From a virus (Duplodnaviria; Caudoviricetes), in the IMG/VR virus record IMGVR_UViG_3300032086_002223, positions 1 to 56,682 of that record: a stretch of DNA of 56,682 nt. One strand, 5' to 3'. The translations under genes were made by a program, and so were the position numbers. Shown here piece by piece: positions 8,065-18,006 of the stretch. A model generated the notes under the pieces. It had not been told where the DNA came from and did no database searches. It worked only from the letters and a program-made list of their open reading frames with translations. Numbering within the stretch: the stretch's first letter is position 1; the number at the start of each line of letters is the position of its first letter.

Positions 8065-9587
8065 TAAAACTCCTCGTCATCTCCATAGAGACCTTCTTCT
8101 TTTTCTTTTTTAATCTGTATGTCCATCTTTTCGACATCATCTTCAGATTGCATAAGAATGTTTTTTCTTACATATTCGATTGAGAAATACTTACCTACGT
8201 ATTCTGATACGTTTGACATTGTATCCATTCTCTCTCTCATGATTTCTGCATCCTTCAACTCTGTAAAGTGATTGTCTGATGCAAAATCATACTTAATAAA
8301 ATCTGCAAAACCGTCAAACTCTTCGGGTTTTACAACGTTCTTGAGTATTAACTGAGTTCTTAAGATATCAGTAAACACTCTTGAAAACTTCATTTGAAGT
8401 CTGTTGGTGAACTTATTAAATTTAAGTTCATCCCTATTAATCTCTGATGCTCTTCCTAAAGAGAATCCAGCATCGGATTCTAATCTAGAGATAGGTACAC
8501 TTAAAGACTTGTATAACTTCTTCTTGAAGTATTCGACATCTTCAATCTCTGACAGATTTTGTCCGCCAGGCAGAGTTGTTATCTCTGTACCTCTACCACC
8601 TTCTCTACGTGGTAACCAGTAATCTTCCATCATCGACATATGTTTTCTGTCGTCTTTGATTTCCCCTGTAGCTGCATTATAAACAAGTTTATTTCTATAC
8701 TTGTTCATCACATCTGCAAGGTACTGTTCTGCCTTTGCTTTTGGAAGGTTACCTACATCAATGTAATAAATTCTTCTCTCAGGAGCTCTTGTGATTCTGT
8801 ATATAACAAGTGCATCCTCCATCATTGATAACTGATTTGCAGTCTTCAATGCCTTATGAAGATATCCTATTACTACATTCTTACTATAGTCTAATAGTCC
8901 CGATGTTGTATATGTTACAGCTTCGGGTGCAATCCTCATAGTTGTACCATCACTGGTACCTGTCTTGTTGAATCCTTTATCGTTGAACATAAAGAACTCT
9001 TCAACTTTCTTAATCTTTTCTATCTTGGTAGTTGCGTCTTTTTCTTTTTCAACGTTTCTGACTTTCTTAATCTTGAGAGGGTCAATGTTTCTCAAGTCCA
9101 CAATACCTTTCTTTACATTTTTTTTGTCCACGACTTTATGGAAGTAAATCCTTCCATCAACGTACCATTTTCTGAATAATTCATGAGAGTTCTGAGGGAA
9201 CTTCATTAGGTGGAGAAGATAATCAAACTCTTCTTGAATCTTTGACTTTATGTTTGCAGTCAACTTTACTCTACTCAAGTCGAGAGATACTATATTATCC
9301 TTGACATCAGAAGTGATACACTCGTTGACAATGTCTTCAATAGCAGAGTCACATTCGGGTATCAATGATATTTCACGATACCTTCTAATGAGTTCAACCT
9401 CATTTTTGATACCACCTTCCATGTCAACATATGCACCATAAGCTGCACCTGAGACATACCCTGCTTGTTGTTGAATAACGGGGGTTCCGTCATCCTCAAC
9501 TGGTGGTACGAATGAAGGGGCCGAGACTTTCTCTTTCCCTTGTTGTGTTTCTGTTTTACGAGTTATCTCGAATCCAAATAGTTCCAT
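8064..9587 (-). CDS. gp20: Portal protein gp20
   Basis: FRKWYVDGRIYFHK, EDALVIYRITRAPERRIYYIDVGNLPKAKAEQY, EDYWLPRREGGRGTEITTLPGG. Confidence 0.98.
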   Translation of the reverse strand: MELFGFEITRKTETQQGKEKVSAPSFVPPVEDDGTPVIQQQAGYVSGAAYGAYVDMEGGIKNEVELIRRYREISLIPECDSAIEDIVNECITSDVKDNIVSLDLSRVKLTANIKSKIQEEFDYLLHLMKFPQNSHELFRKWYVDGRIYFHKVVDKKNVKKGIVDLRNIDPLKIKKVRNVEKEKDATTKIEKIKKVEEFFMFNDKGFNKTGTSDGTTMRIAPEAVTYTTSGLLDYSKNVVIGYLHKALKTANQLSMMEDALVIYRITRAPERRIYYIDVGNLPKAKAEQYLADVMNKYRNKLVYNAATGEIKDDRKHMSMMEDYWLPRREGGRGTEITTLPGGQNLSEIEDVEYFKKKLYKSLSVPISRLESDAGFSLGRASEINRDELKFNKFTNRLQMKFSRVFTDILRTQLILKNVVKPEEFDGFADFIKYDFASDNHFTELKDAEIMRERMDTMSNVSEYVGKYFSIEYVRKNILMQSEDDVEKMDIQIKKEKEEGLYGDDEEF

Positions 9588-9595
9588 AATATATG

Positions 9596-9603
9596 TATTT
9601 ATA
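9596..9603 (-). promoter_or_regulatory. T4 late promoter (TATAAATA)
   Basis: Exact consensus 8 nt before the gp20 ATG. Confidence 0.85.
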
Positions 9604-9644
9604 CTCCCCTAAACATGTGTCTAGGAGAGTATAATCCTTCTAAT

Positions 9645-10142
9645 TTAAACGACTCTCTGCCAGTGTGAATATGAGAATGTGACATCAAATGTCTCCAACT
9701 GGTCGGTTGTATCGTAATCTAATGCGATTTCACCAATATTGTTAGGGAACATGTTGAAGAACTCATATCTTGCCAACACAGTATCGTCTTTGTTTAATTG
9801 TTCAACGAAAGCCCTATCCAATAGATAGTCTAGTGATGTTAAACCTTCTCCTGAATCTAGTTCTTGGATATCTCTCTGCCATGCTTCAAGAGCTGTTCTT
9901 GCAGAGAATTCTACATCATTGATGATTGAAACAGTCCAATCTTCAAATGTTCTATCACCTGCGATTTTAAGTTTTGAACCTCGAAAGTTCACTTCAAATG
10001 CTGGGATAGTTGATGCTGGAATCTGAGCTGCCTTACAAAGGAACTCAATCTTTCCACCTGACCTAGGTAGGAAAACCTTAAATCTATTTGCTCTTGGGCC
10101 TCCACCGAGTAATTGTGCTTTAAAACTGTCTATACTTGCCAT
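9645..10142 (-). CDS. gp19: Tail tube protein gp19
   Basis: GG.RANRF.V, FLCKAAQIP, KIAGDRTFEDWTV, F.VTFSY..W. Confidence 0.95.
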   Translation of the reverse strand: MASIDSFKAQLLGGGPRANRFKVFLPRSGGKIEFLCKAAQIPASTIPAFEVNFRGSKLKIAGDRTFEDWTVSIINDVEFSARTALEAWQRDIQELDSGEGLTSLDYLLDRAFVEQLNKDDTVLARYEFFNMFPNNIGEIALDYDTTDQLETFDVTFSYSHWQRVV

Positions 10143-10152
10143 TGTTTACTCC

Positions 10153-12153
10153 TTAGATTGCACCATAAAGTTCTTCAAACTCAACACCAGTCCTTGCGGC
10201 AACGAAGTTAAGTGTGATGAAATTAATAGATTTAGCTGGTTTAATGAAGATAGATGCGACAAATTCATTTCTATCTATCACCGAATCAGTATTGTTTGAC
10301 TCATCACATACTACTGAGAAGTCGTAAATACCTTTTCTATTTTTAACATCTCTCAAGAAAGGTTCAATTGCACTTCTAAATTGTGCTCTTGTGAATCCGT
10401 CATTGAATTCAAAGAGTCTTCCTTTAGCTGCTGCTGAAATTGCTTTCTCTAAGACGATGAATAGTCTTCTTACGTTAATTCTATCGAATGCTGATGGTTG
10501 TGTAAGTCCTGTTTTATCTCCAAACAACACAGTTCCTTGGCCAGGGAATGTTACCACTGGGTTAACTCTTGCTCTATACAAGTCATCTCTTGATGCCTTC
10601 TTAGGATTAAATGCAAGTTTAGTTACTCCAAGATATTGTCCTCTGTTGAAACCTGCTGGTGAGAACCATGGGTCATTCAATAAGTCTGACCTTGCCATAA
10701 TTCCACCTGTGTGTCCGTTAGCAGGAACATAAACGTATCTATCATTATACTTATCATAGACATATAACCAACCTGAGTCAAAGACACAGAATGAAGAACT
10801 TGATGCAGTATTAACGTCCGCTAGTACGTTTGACAATTGGGTCGCTTCTGATGAAACGTTAACAACTGATGCTCTTCTTGGTGATGCTAATAATAAACAA
10901 TCTTTACGTTTTTCACATACCAGTATACCCTGATTTACGATTGTTGTCCAATCTGCAAGGGTATCTTGTTCTACTCCACTTCCGTTATCAGTTCTTGTGG
11001 AACCTACGATAAGGAATGAAATGTTTGATGTTTCTCCATCTTCGAAATGGTCTTGCCATGCACCATACTTTTGTCCTGCTGTAGGAATTCTTCCATCAGA
11101 ACCACCACTTAATGATGTTTTCTGAGGTAAGTCGGGTGTTAGGTTTAACGAACCTAGTGATGAAGATGTGTATAGTGTACTACTACTTGCCAAAATTGCT
11201 GCCAAGTGTGAAGTAACATATACCCATTCTGATTCTCTTTCTATTACATCTCTGTAAAAGTTTGAATCTCCGTTTAAATTTTTTGCGTCTGAAGCTAGAG
11301 AGACAAAACCGTAACTCTCAAGAACTGTATTCTTTGTTCCTGAAATGCTTCCGTCTTCGTCCACTACCACTATATGGATTTCATCATTAGATGAACCATT
11401 AGCTTCTGCTAGTGCAGATGTGCTAGGTGCTTTTTCAAAGTATGATTGCCATTCCCACTTACGAGTAATACTTACTGCAGAACTGGTTCCATCAACTGCA
11501 GATGTTAAACCTGTTCCAGCTGGTTGATTCAGTGCCTCAATTGTTAAAGAAGTAGCTGCTACTGCAGTTACTTTATACTCTTGAGAGTGGTTTGCAAATA
11601 CTACAACGTCACCTACTACAAATAGAGATGATGCTGTTGCGACACCAGTAATAGAAGTTGCGTTAAGAGCGTTAGATGCAGTTGTACTACCTGCTGAAGC
11701 TTCTTGCCATGCATTTGAAGATGCACAAACATGAACACTTACTGAGTTACCCAAGGCACCTGCGTATTTAGCAGTGTATGCCCCAACACTTCCTGAATTA
11801 CTTAAACCTCTGTAAGATTCAATATATTCAGCACTGTTCTTAATTATTTGAGAAGCAGTACCTGAAGCGTTTGCGTTTGCAAGGTTAGTTGAGTTAACTC
11901 TAACTACTCTTAAAGATGAACCATATCTTAGGAAACCCTCTGCAGTAAAGAAATCTTCTGCACCAGCATTTGTGTTAGCTGGTGAATGAAAATACTCTAC
12001 TAATTCCTGTTGTCCTGATACAGTTACAACTTCGTTAACTGGGCCCCATGAAAAAGTTCCAGCAAATGCACCACTTGTCCCTGCGACAGCAGGCACTACA
12101 TTTGTAAGGTCAACTTCTTTAACCTGTACGCCTGGTGATACTTGAAATGCCAT
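10153..12153 (-). CDS. gp18: Tail sheath protein gp18
   Basis: MAFQVSPGVQVKEVDLT, PWFSPAGFNRG, SAFDRINVRRLF, IKPAKSINFITLNFVA. Confidence 0.98.
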   Translation of the reverse strand: MAFQVSPGVQVKEVDLTNVVPAVAGTSGAFAGTFSWGPVNEVVTVSGQQELVEYFHSPANTNAGAEDFFTAEGFLRYGSSLRVVRVNSTNLANANASGTASQIIKNSAEYIESYRGLSNSGSVGAYTAKYAGALGNSVSVHVCASSNAWQEASAGSTTASNALNATSITGVATASSLFVVGDVVVFANHSQEYKVTAVAATSLTIEALNQPAGTGLTSAVDGTSSAVSITRKWEWQSYFEKAPSTSALAEANGSSNDEIHIVVVDEDGSISGTKNTVLESYGFVSLASDAKNLNGDSNFYRDVIERESEWVYVTSHLAAILASSSTLYTSSSLGSLNLTPDLPQKTSLSGGSDGRIPTAGQKYGAWQDHFEDGETSNISFLIVGSTRTDNGSGVEQDTLADWTTIVNQGILVCEKRKDCLLLASPRRASVVNVSSEATQLSNVLADVNTASSSSFCVFDSGWLYVYDKYNDRYVYVPANGHTGGIMARSDLLNDPWFSPAGFNRGQYLGVTKLAFNPKKASRDDLYRARVNPVVTFPGQGTVLFGDKTGLTQPSAFDRINVRRLFIVLEKAISAAAKGRLFEFNDGFTRAQFRSAIEPFLRDVKNRKGIYDFSVVCDESNNTDSVIDRNEFVASIFIKPAKSINFITLNFVAARTGVEFEELYGAI

Positions 12154-12193
12154 ATTTTTCTCCTTTTTGCGACCTTAGTCAATTCTTTAATTG

Positions 12194-12201
12194 TATTTAT
12201 A
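12194..12201 (-). promoter_or_regulatory. T4 late promoter (TATAAATA)
   Basis: Exact consensus upstream of gp18. Confidence 0.85.
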
Positions 12202-12212
12202 TTTTTTCAAAC

Positions 12213-13802
12213 TTAGTCGTTGTCTTGTAAAAACCATCGGTCTCCACTCGTATCTACAAACGAGTGAGAGTCCTCATTTTGTTGACCAAAAACTCCTACT
12301 GGTAGGACATCATCATATATCTCTTGTTGTTGTCCTGAGTATAATAAGTCTTTGACCTTATTGTTTGTGAGATGTTCAAAGTATTCTGTTGTTAGAAACC
12401 AACTAAACACCACACAATTCATTACCAAGTCATCATGATAACCCCTATCTGCTTCAAAGGACATCCCTTTATTCACATAGGTTAAGAGTTCTTTAATCAA
12501 CTCTCTATCACAAATTTTCAATTTATTTTCTTCTAATACCTCTTTTAATGTAGAGGTTCCTATTCTTTTAATCTTTCGGGTCATTGTTACCCCGATGTCT
12601 TCTAGTCTTAAGCCACCCTGTACAAATACATTATCATATTCTAAATCGTAATGCATTTGTTGTGCAACTACAGACCCTTCTGCATTATTTTCTATAATCA
12701 CTAGTGCAGTGTTGTATTGTGTACAATACTTTGCAATTACATCGGGATACAGTAATGGAGATATCATATTGTCTCTATACACTGCTACCTGTTCAAAAGG
12801 TTCTGTGGATACATCAAAAATTGTAAAGGTTGAATAGTCAAAACCTCTACCTTTCGATACGTCTACAGTACATATATAGTGATGTTTCTCTTTTGGTTTT
12901 TTATATACACTAAACCCTTCCTTGTGCCATATCGGATTTGATGCACGAAATCCTAATAGTGTATCAGATGCAATAAGTGTATTACCTGTTCCTAAGAAAC
13001 TATTACCATACTCTTGTTGGAACTGTAACTCAGAAGTGTTTGCAATAGTTTGTTTCTTCCATTCTTCATCACGGCCAGGCACGTCAAACCAGTTAATAAG
13101 AAATGATTTGTATTCTGAATCACCTACAGTTGCACTTTCATATATTTTATGAAACATATTACCTACACCGTTTGCAGTAGAAGTAATAATTACCTTTGAA
13201 TCTTTACCTGAGGTAACCACAGGATATGTTGCAGTATAAAACTCTTCTGCATTTTCAACGAATGCAAACTCATCAAGATACAACATATTAATCGAAAGTC
13301 CACGAATTGAAGATGATGATGTTGCAGCTGCAACCAATTTACTATCATTACCAAATTCTATATTACCTTTGTTTAGAATCTTCACCCCTGGCTGTAAAAA
13401 GAAAGGAACGGATTCTAACATAGTGGTTATCCTTGCAACCATCTCTCTTGCAATTGCACCTTTGTTTGCAAGAACAGCTACCGTAACTTCGGGTGTAAAC
13501 AATAGATACCACAGTAGATATGCACAAGATGTAATGGACTTACCACTCTGTCTCGATGCAAGTACTATACTGAATCTGTTGTTGTCATAATGTTTAATTA
13601 AATCTTCTTGATATCCACGCAACTCAAAAGGAACCATACCCTCATCGAGTGATATGATTTGAGTGTATGATTCAATAAAATAACAAGGGTCTTGTTGACA
13701 CTTTAAATATTCATCAAGTTCTTCTTTGGTATACCCAGTCTCAACGTTTGCACGTTTGATTTGAGTGTTACCTAGATAACCTTCATTTTTAGGATTTACC
13801 AT
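12213..13802 (-). CDS. gp17: Terminase large subunit gp17
   Basis: RQSGKS Walker A, LYLDEFAF Walker B, ITSTANG, nuclease DVSKG.G.DYS and HDDLVM; uninterrupted. Confidence 0.98.
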   Translation of the reverse strand: MVNPKNEGYLGNTQIKRANVETGYTKEELDEYLKCQQDPCYFIESYTQIISLDEGMVPFELRGYQEDLIKHYDNNRFSIVLASRQSGKSITSCAYLLWYLLFTPEVTVAVLANKGAIAREMVARITTMLESVPFFLQPGVKILNKGNIEFGNDSKLVAAATSSSSIRGLSINMLYLDEFAFVENAEEFYTATYPVVTSGKDSKVIITSTANGVGNMFHKIYESATVGDSEYKSFLINWFDVPGRDEEWKKQTIANTSELQFQQEYGNSFLGTGNTLIASDTLLGFRASNPIWHKEGFSVYKKPKEKHHYICTVDVSKGRGFDYSTFTIFDVSTEPFEQVAVYRDNMISPLLYPDVIAKYCTQYNTALVIIENNAEGSVVAQQMHYDLEYDNVFVQGGLRLEDIGVTMTRKIKRIGTSTLKEVLEENKLKICDRELIKELLTYVNKGMSFEADRGYHDDLVMNCVVFSWFLTTEYFEHLTNNKVKDLLYSGQQQEIYDDVLPVGVFGQQNEDSHSFVDTSGDRWFLQDND

Positions 13803-14205
13803 GCTTGTTTTTCTTCAAATATTTTTGTAAGTCTGATGTTGACCCAACGTACAAATGATTATGTATGTCACCCTCTTTTGGTGTTTCTTCTTTCTTTATG
13901 TTTTTCATTTTGACCTGAAGGTCTAAAAGTTTTTCTGCAATCTCTGAGGTGGTCTTAAGTATCTGACCTGCCACTTCATATGCACGAGGGTTTTCCATTT
14001 CTTTAGATAGCTCTAGGATACCGTCTAAGGCATCCTGACCACGTTCTACTAAGTCGTATAGGTTTTCCCTTGCGTATCGGTAATCGGTCTCTAGAGACTC
14101 TCTAGAGAGGTCTGTACGGACTTTAGGAACTTTCTTCAAGTCCTTTTTCATGTCCGTGTTAATATCTAATACTTGGTTTAATTTATCGTCAACATTGTCT
14201 GTCAT
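13789..14205 (-). CDS. gp16: Terminase small subunit gp16
   Basis: DYRYARENLY, PRAYEV.GQ, YVGSTSDLQK; directly upstream of gp17. Confidence 0.93.
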   Translation of the reverse strand: MTDNVDDKLNQVLDINTDMKKDLKKVPKVRTDLSRESLETDYRYARENLYDLVERGQDALDGILELSKEMENPRAYEVAGQILKTTSEIAEKLLDLQVKMKNIKKEETPKEGDIHNHLYVGSTSDLQKYLKKNKHGKS

Positions 14206-14214
14206 AATTTTTCA

Positions 14215-15240
14215 CTAGTCTGTGGAACTTCCATCATAACCCTCATCAAAGAATGATACATCCTCTGATATTACATAACTATCTTCTGCAGATGCACTTC
14301 CTGTGAAGTATACTTTCTGACCTTGTCTAAGTGTTACATTACTAGACACAACAACTGATAGTCTATCACTTGCAATTGAAGATACTGTTGGGTCGGGATT
14401 TGTGGTCGAACCTTCCATGGTATCATTTACAGATACATTACTATCTATTGCAGTTGAGAAAGTTACGGTAGTGTTATTAGACACTGCACTTGCAACTTTT
14501 CCCTCAAATGCTGGTTCGTAAAACTTTACATCCTTCACGATACCTGAGGTAGATAATTCTGATGATGTAAATCCATGTCTTCCATCATTAATAAAAGTCT
14601 TTTCTCTAACCTTCGTAATAACCTTACCTGTGTATACTGGGCCAAAGAAATAAGTTTTCATTGTAAATTCAAGAGTAAAGTTAATTACCCTCTTGTCTTC
14701 AAACGACCCTTCAAATTGGTCGTCCATATTTACACCTGTTAAAATGATTGGTACGTCTCTTACTTCTGACATGTCATCAATCATTTTCATTGCAACCGTA
14801 TATTCGGGTTGGAAATACGGTAATATTTGTTCTACTATCTGTAAACCATCTGTCATGTTCTTTGCATAGATGGATAGTGTAAAGTTTATATCATAAGGTG
14901 TGGGTTGATATTGAAACTTTCTACTGACATTATCTGTCTCCATTGTAGTTTTAGTAGAACGTATAAGTTTGTTTTGCTGTCTGTTTTGGTCATATGTAAA
15001 CCCACTGATTTCAAATCCCATTCTTGGAAGTGATATTGCACTTCTCAAGTTGTCATTCAAATCGGGTTCTTCTTTTAATCTCTGTAAGAACTTTTGTCTT
15101 TGACCATACGATAAGGGAACTTTAATACTATTCACAACTGTTCCATCTGATTTTTTCTGTTTAACTGTGATGTTATTAAACATAGTACCAAATACAGATA
15201 CTGAACGTCTTATTGTTTCATTGTAAAAATATGTAAACAT
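14215..15240 (-). CDS. gp15: Tail sheath stabilizer/terminator gp15 with C-terminal insertion
   Basis: YFYNETIRR, KVPLSYG, LPRMGFE, QIVEQILPYFQP. Confidence 0.93.
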   Translation of the reverse strand: MFTYFYNETIRRSVSVFGTMFNNITVKQKKSDGTVVNSIKVPLSYGQRQKFLQRLKEEPDLNDNLRSAISLPRMGFEISGFTYDQNRQQNKLIRSTKTTMETDNVSRKFQYQPTPYDINFTLSIYAKNMTDGLQIVEQILPYFQPEYTVAMKMIDDMSEVRDVPIILTGVNMDDQFEGSFEDKRVINFTLEFTMKTYFFGPVYTGKVITKVREKTFINDGRHGFTSSELSTSGIVKDVKFYEPAFEGKVASAVSNNTTVTFSTAIDSNVSVNDTMEGSTTNPDPTVSSIASDRLSVVVSSNVTLRQGQKVYFTGSASAEDSYVISEDVSFFDEGYDGSSTD

Positions 15241-15242
15241 GA

Positions 15243-16112
15243 TTAACTGTTGTTTCCTATCTCACCAAATGGGTTTGTTTCACTGAAGTCTATGTAGTTA
15301 TCAGCTGCATCTTCAAATTCTTTGTTTTGTGCATTCGGGTCATTTGGCATATCTAGTGCATCGGTTATTGTTGCAATCTGTCTAGTTGCACCTGATACTG
15401 CACCCACCAATCTATCACCCACTGCAAGTGGTGTACTGTTGTGTATGATTGTAAGTGTTCTATCAGACTGTTTATAGGTAGACACTTCACCCACTACACT
15501 ATCACCAATTTTAATGTCTTCGTTCTGTGTGTATGCACCCGAGTCTCCTGACCCAGCAGTCATAGTTGCACTTATAGTGTATGTTCTTTCTGCTTCAACC
15601 AAGTCTGCATTAGTACCAGTGTCGAAGTCTTCTCCTCTGTATTCAAACAATTCACATCTACACTTGAATACAAAGAGTTTACCGACTTGATAGAATGGGT
15701 CTTCATGTTCAACAAACTTAATCTCAAAAAGAGAACCACTGAGAGGGAAGTATATTACGTCACCTTCGTTTGGTCTGAATGATGAAGTTAGATTATTATC
15801 TAGAGATACAAATCTTTCCCACGTTCTGAGTGCAATAACAAAGGTAGCTTGGTCTCTTATCTCTACACCAAACTTAGAATATAAGTCTCCTTCTCCTTCA
15901 AACCCTTCTACATTTTCTAGATATGCTTCAATCTCATATGCATCTCCAAATTTTGATGCAACATCTTCTCCTAAAATGGTGTCTTCTTCTATTATCTCCC
16001 TAGGAAGATAGTAGACATTGTGTCCATACATTCTAAGTGACTCAACAACTAAGTCCTCATACAGGTGTTGTTCAGACGATACTGCATGATTGAAAAATAC
16101 ATTTGTTGGCAT
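15243..16112 (-). CDS. gp14: Neck protein gp14
   Basis: E.LRMYG..VYYLPR, SKFGVEIRD, RPNEGDVIYFP, FEIKFVEHEDPFYQ, DFSETNPFG. Confidence 0.95.
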   Translation of the reverse strand: MPTNVFFNHAVSSEQHLYEDLVVESLRMYGHNVYYLPREIIEEDTILGEDVASKFGDAYEIEAYLENVEGFEGEGDLYSKFGVEIRDQATFVIALRTWERFVSLDNNLTSSFRPNEGDVIYFPLSGSLFEIKFVEHEDPFYQVGKLFVFKCRCELFEYRGEDFDTGTNADLVEAERTYTISATMTAGSGDSGAYTQNEDIKIGDSVVGEVSTYKQSDRTLTIIHNSTPLAVGDRLVGAVSGATRQIATITDALDMPNDPNAQNKEFEDAADNYIDFSETNPFGEIGNNS

Positions 16113-16114
16113 AA

Positions 16115-16930
16115 TTAACCTATCATATCTATAGGAGGTAATTCATAATTCAGTCTTGACTCTTCTTCTAGTCTTCGAATCTCCTCCTGTGCTTGTGTCA
16201 TTATTTCATTTCCATTTAACTCAACTCCGCCAGGCAATTGCATCCCACCGAACTTGGAAAGGTTTGAACCCCATTGATACTTAACTAATGCAGTTGCATA
16301 TCTCTTTAACCACATGTCATTGTATATGTCTGTATAAGTTGTGGGGTCTAGTTTTCTAAAACACTCAATCAAGATATACTCACCAGCATTGATAGATTCT
16401 TTATCCATGTCTAGGTATAACCTGTTAGTAACCTGTTTATATCTTATAGGAACTTCACCCACTAACATGTGGTCTAACAGACTGATATGCTGTTGCACTT
16501 GTTCATAGTACAATATACTTGTAGATGTTAAATCCCAAAGGTCATTCAATCTTAATTGATATCTAACGTCAAACATATTCATATTATGTTTGTCATTGAA
16601 AGGAAATAATCGTACTACTGATAATACTGATTCGGGTAATACTATGTATGATTGTTCTTCTAAGAATGTTTGACTCTGATATGCATCATTAGAACTATTA
16701 ACACCAGTGTGTGTTTCGTTAGTCTTCATAGCGTCAATCTGACTTTGAGTCAATTGATGTTTTAGATATGTACGAATAGAACCATCGTAATGGTATTCGT
16801 TATAGTATTGTAAGGCTTCGTCTATTCTATCATCGACTTGGTCGTCATCCACATTGATTTCAATCACTGGAGCACCAAGACTTCTTAGAATGTATTCTTT
16901 AAATGATGCCTTTGAGTTTGGTATTGCCAT
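16115..16930 (-). CDS. gp13: Neck protein gp13
   Basis: LRSLGAPVIEINVDDDQ, WLKRYATALVKYQWG.NL.KF, LPGGV.LNG. Confidence 0.95.
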   Translation of the reverse strand: MAIPNSKASFKEYILRSLGAPVIEINVDDDQVDDRIDEALQYYNEYHYDGSIRTYLKHQLTQSQIDAMKTNETHTGVNSSNDAYQSQTFLEEQSYIVLPESVLSVVRLFPFNDKHNMNMFDVRYQLRLNDLWDLTSTSILYYEQVQQHISLLDHMLVGEVPIRYKQVTNRLYLDMDKESINAGEYILIECFRKLDPTTYTDIYNDMWLKRYATALVKYQWGSNLSKFGGMQLPGGVELNGNEIMTQAQEEIRRLEEESRLNYELPPIDMIG

Positions 16931-16963
16931 AGTACTGTTTCCATTTTTTTAAATGTTCAATAC

Positions 16964-16971
16964 TATTTATA
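16964..16971 (-). promoter_or_regulatory. T4 late promoter (TATAAATA)
   Basis: Exact consensus upstream of gp13. Confidence 0.85.
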
Positions 16972-16975
16972 ACAA

Positions 16976-17242
16976 TTATTCTTGGAAAAAAGTACGAGAT
17001 TGGAGTCTGTCGAGTTTTTCATCGATTCTTTCGATAGATATCATCAATCTATCCATAGCTTGTTGGAATTCATCCTTAGAAACGTATTCTTTTGCTATCT
17101 CTTCTCTTGTTTTGTTTAGTAGTATGTCGATTCTTTTCTGTTCATTTAAAGCACTACGCACAAAAAAACCCACTGGTAGTAAGACCAGTGTTAAAAAGAG
17201 GTTCCATATAAGATGGGGGTCGATGAATATTCCTTGTTCCAT
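16976..17242 (-). CDS. Small single-TM coiled-coil protein
   Basis: 88 aa; hydrophobic LIWNLFLTLVLLPVGFFV, then REEIAKEYVSK...RIDEKLDRL. Confidence 0.75.
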   Translation of the reverse strand: MEQGIFIDPHLIWNLFLTLVLLPVGFFVRSALNEQKRIDILLNKTREEIAKEYVSKDEFQQAMDRLMISIERIDEKLDRLQSRTFFQE

Positions 17243-17247
17243 ACGAT

Positions 17248-17255
17248 TATTTAGG
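17248..17255 (-). promoter_or_regulatory. Variant T4 late promoter (CCTAAATA)
   Basis: TAAATA core 5 nt before the ATG of the 88-aa gene. Confidence 0.5.
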
Positions 17256-18003
17256 TAATCGTATCGTCCTCAAGGGGTTCCAATGGAGGCATATGACCAG
17301 TAATGTCTTGATAGTTTAGGGGATATCCATCTTGGTCTAAATCAAATACCCATGGATAATATCTATTGGTTAATGACTCACCAATCTTTATTTGATTATT
17401 CATTTGATAATTGATATTGAAAGATATACTGTATCTTTCTTTTTGTGTCATGTTGGGTTCTACCATGTGCATTAACCCACTAGGGAACAACATTAATTTA
17501 CCAGTAATGGGTTGTTTATGAGATGACATTTGTATCATAGGTGATGGTGGCATGTCGTGTACTACCTTTTCGTCTGTGTCTATGAAATCAATATCTCCCT
17601 CGTCTCCATCTGCATGAATATAGAATACACCACTATACCAACAACCATTATGTAAGTGAGGTGAGTTCCAACACATATGTCCATTAATATTTGCCCAAGA
17701 GTTTCCAATCTGTACAGACACATCACCATTATTGAATCCATAAAAAGGTAAGACTTCATCATCAAACATACGTGTGATTCTGTTCATTAATTTTTGAAAT
17801 CTAGGATTTGATTCACATCCATCATTAGATTGCCATCCATTTCTATTAGATACCATTCTACCCTCATCCCTAGCTCTCATACCATCCATTTCATCTTTCA
17901 ATGATTGTAGGTATTCATATGATACACCCTGTCTCTCATGCAAGTTTTCATCTGTTAGTTGTCTATGAAAAACATAGTTTGGGAATAATAATTCTACTGC
18001 CAT
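17251..18003 (-). CDS. 2OG-Fe(II) oxygenase, HxH type (TIGR02466-like)
   Basis: SN.NGWQS, WANIN, PHLH..W.SGVFYI, LMLFPSGLMHMVEPN, RYSISFN. Confidence 0.88.
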   Translation of the reverse strand: MAVELLFPNYVFHRQLTDENLHERQGVSYEYLQSLKDEMDGMRARDEGRMVSNRNGWQSNDGCESNPRFQKLMNRITRMFDDEVLPFYGFNNGDVSVQIGNSWANINGHMCWNSPHLHNGCWYSGVFYIHADGDEGDIDFIDTDEKVVHDMPPSPMIQMSSHKQPITGKLMLFPSGLMHMVEPNMTQKERYSISFNINYQMNNQIKIGESLTNRYYPWVFDLDQDGYPLNYQDITGHMPPLEPLEDDTIT

Positions 18004-18006
18004 AAT

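Noticed and set aside
4220-13802. Introns, inteins or homing endonucleases in head and terminase genes
   Set aside because: gp17, gp18, gp20 and gp23 are continuous and of ordinary length; no endonuclease motifs seen
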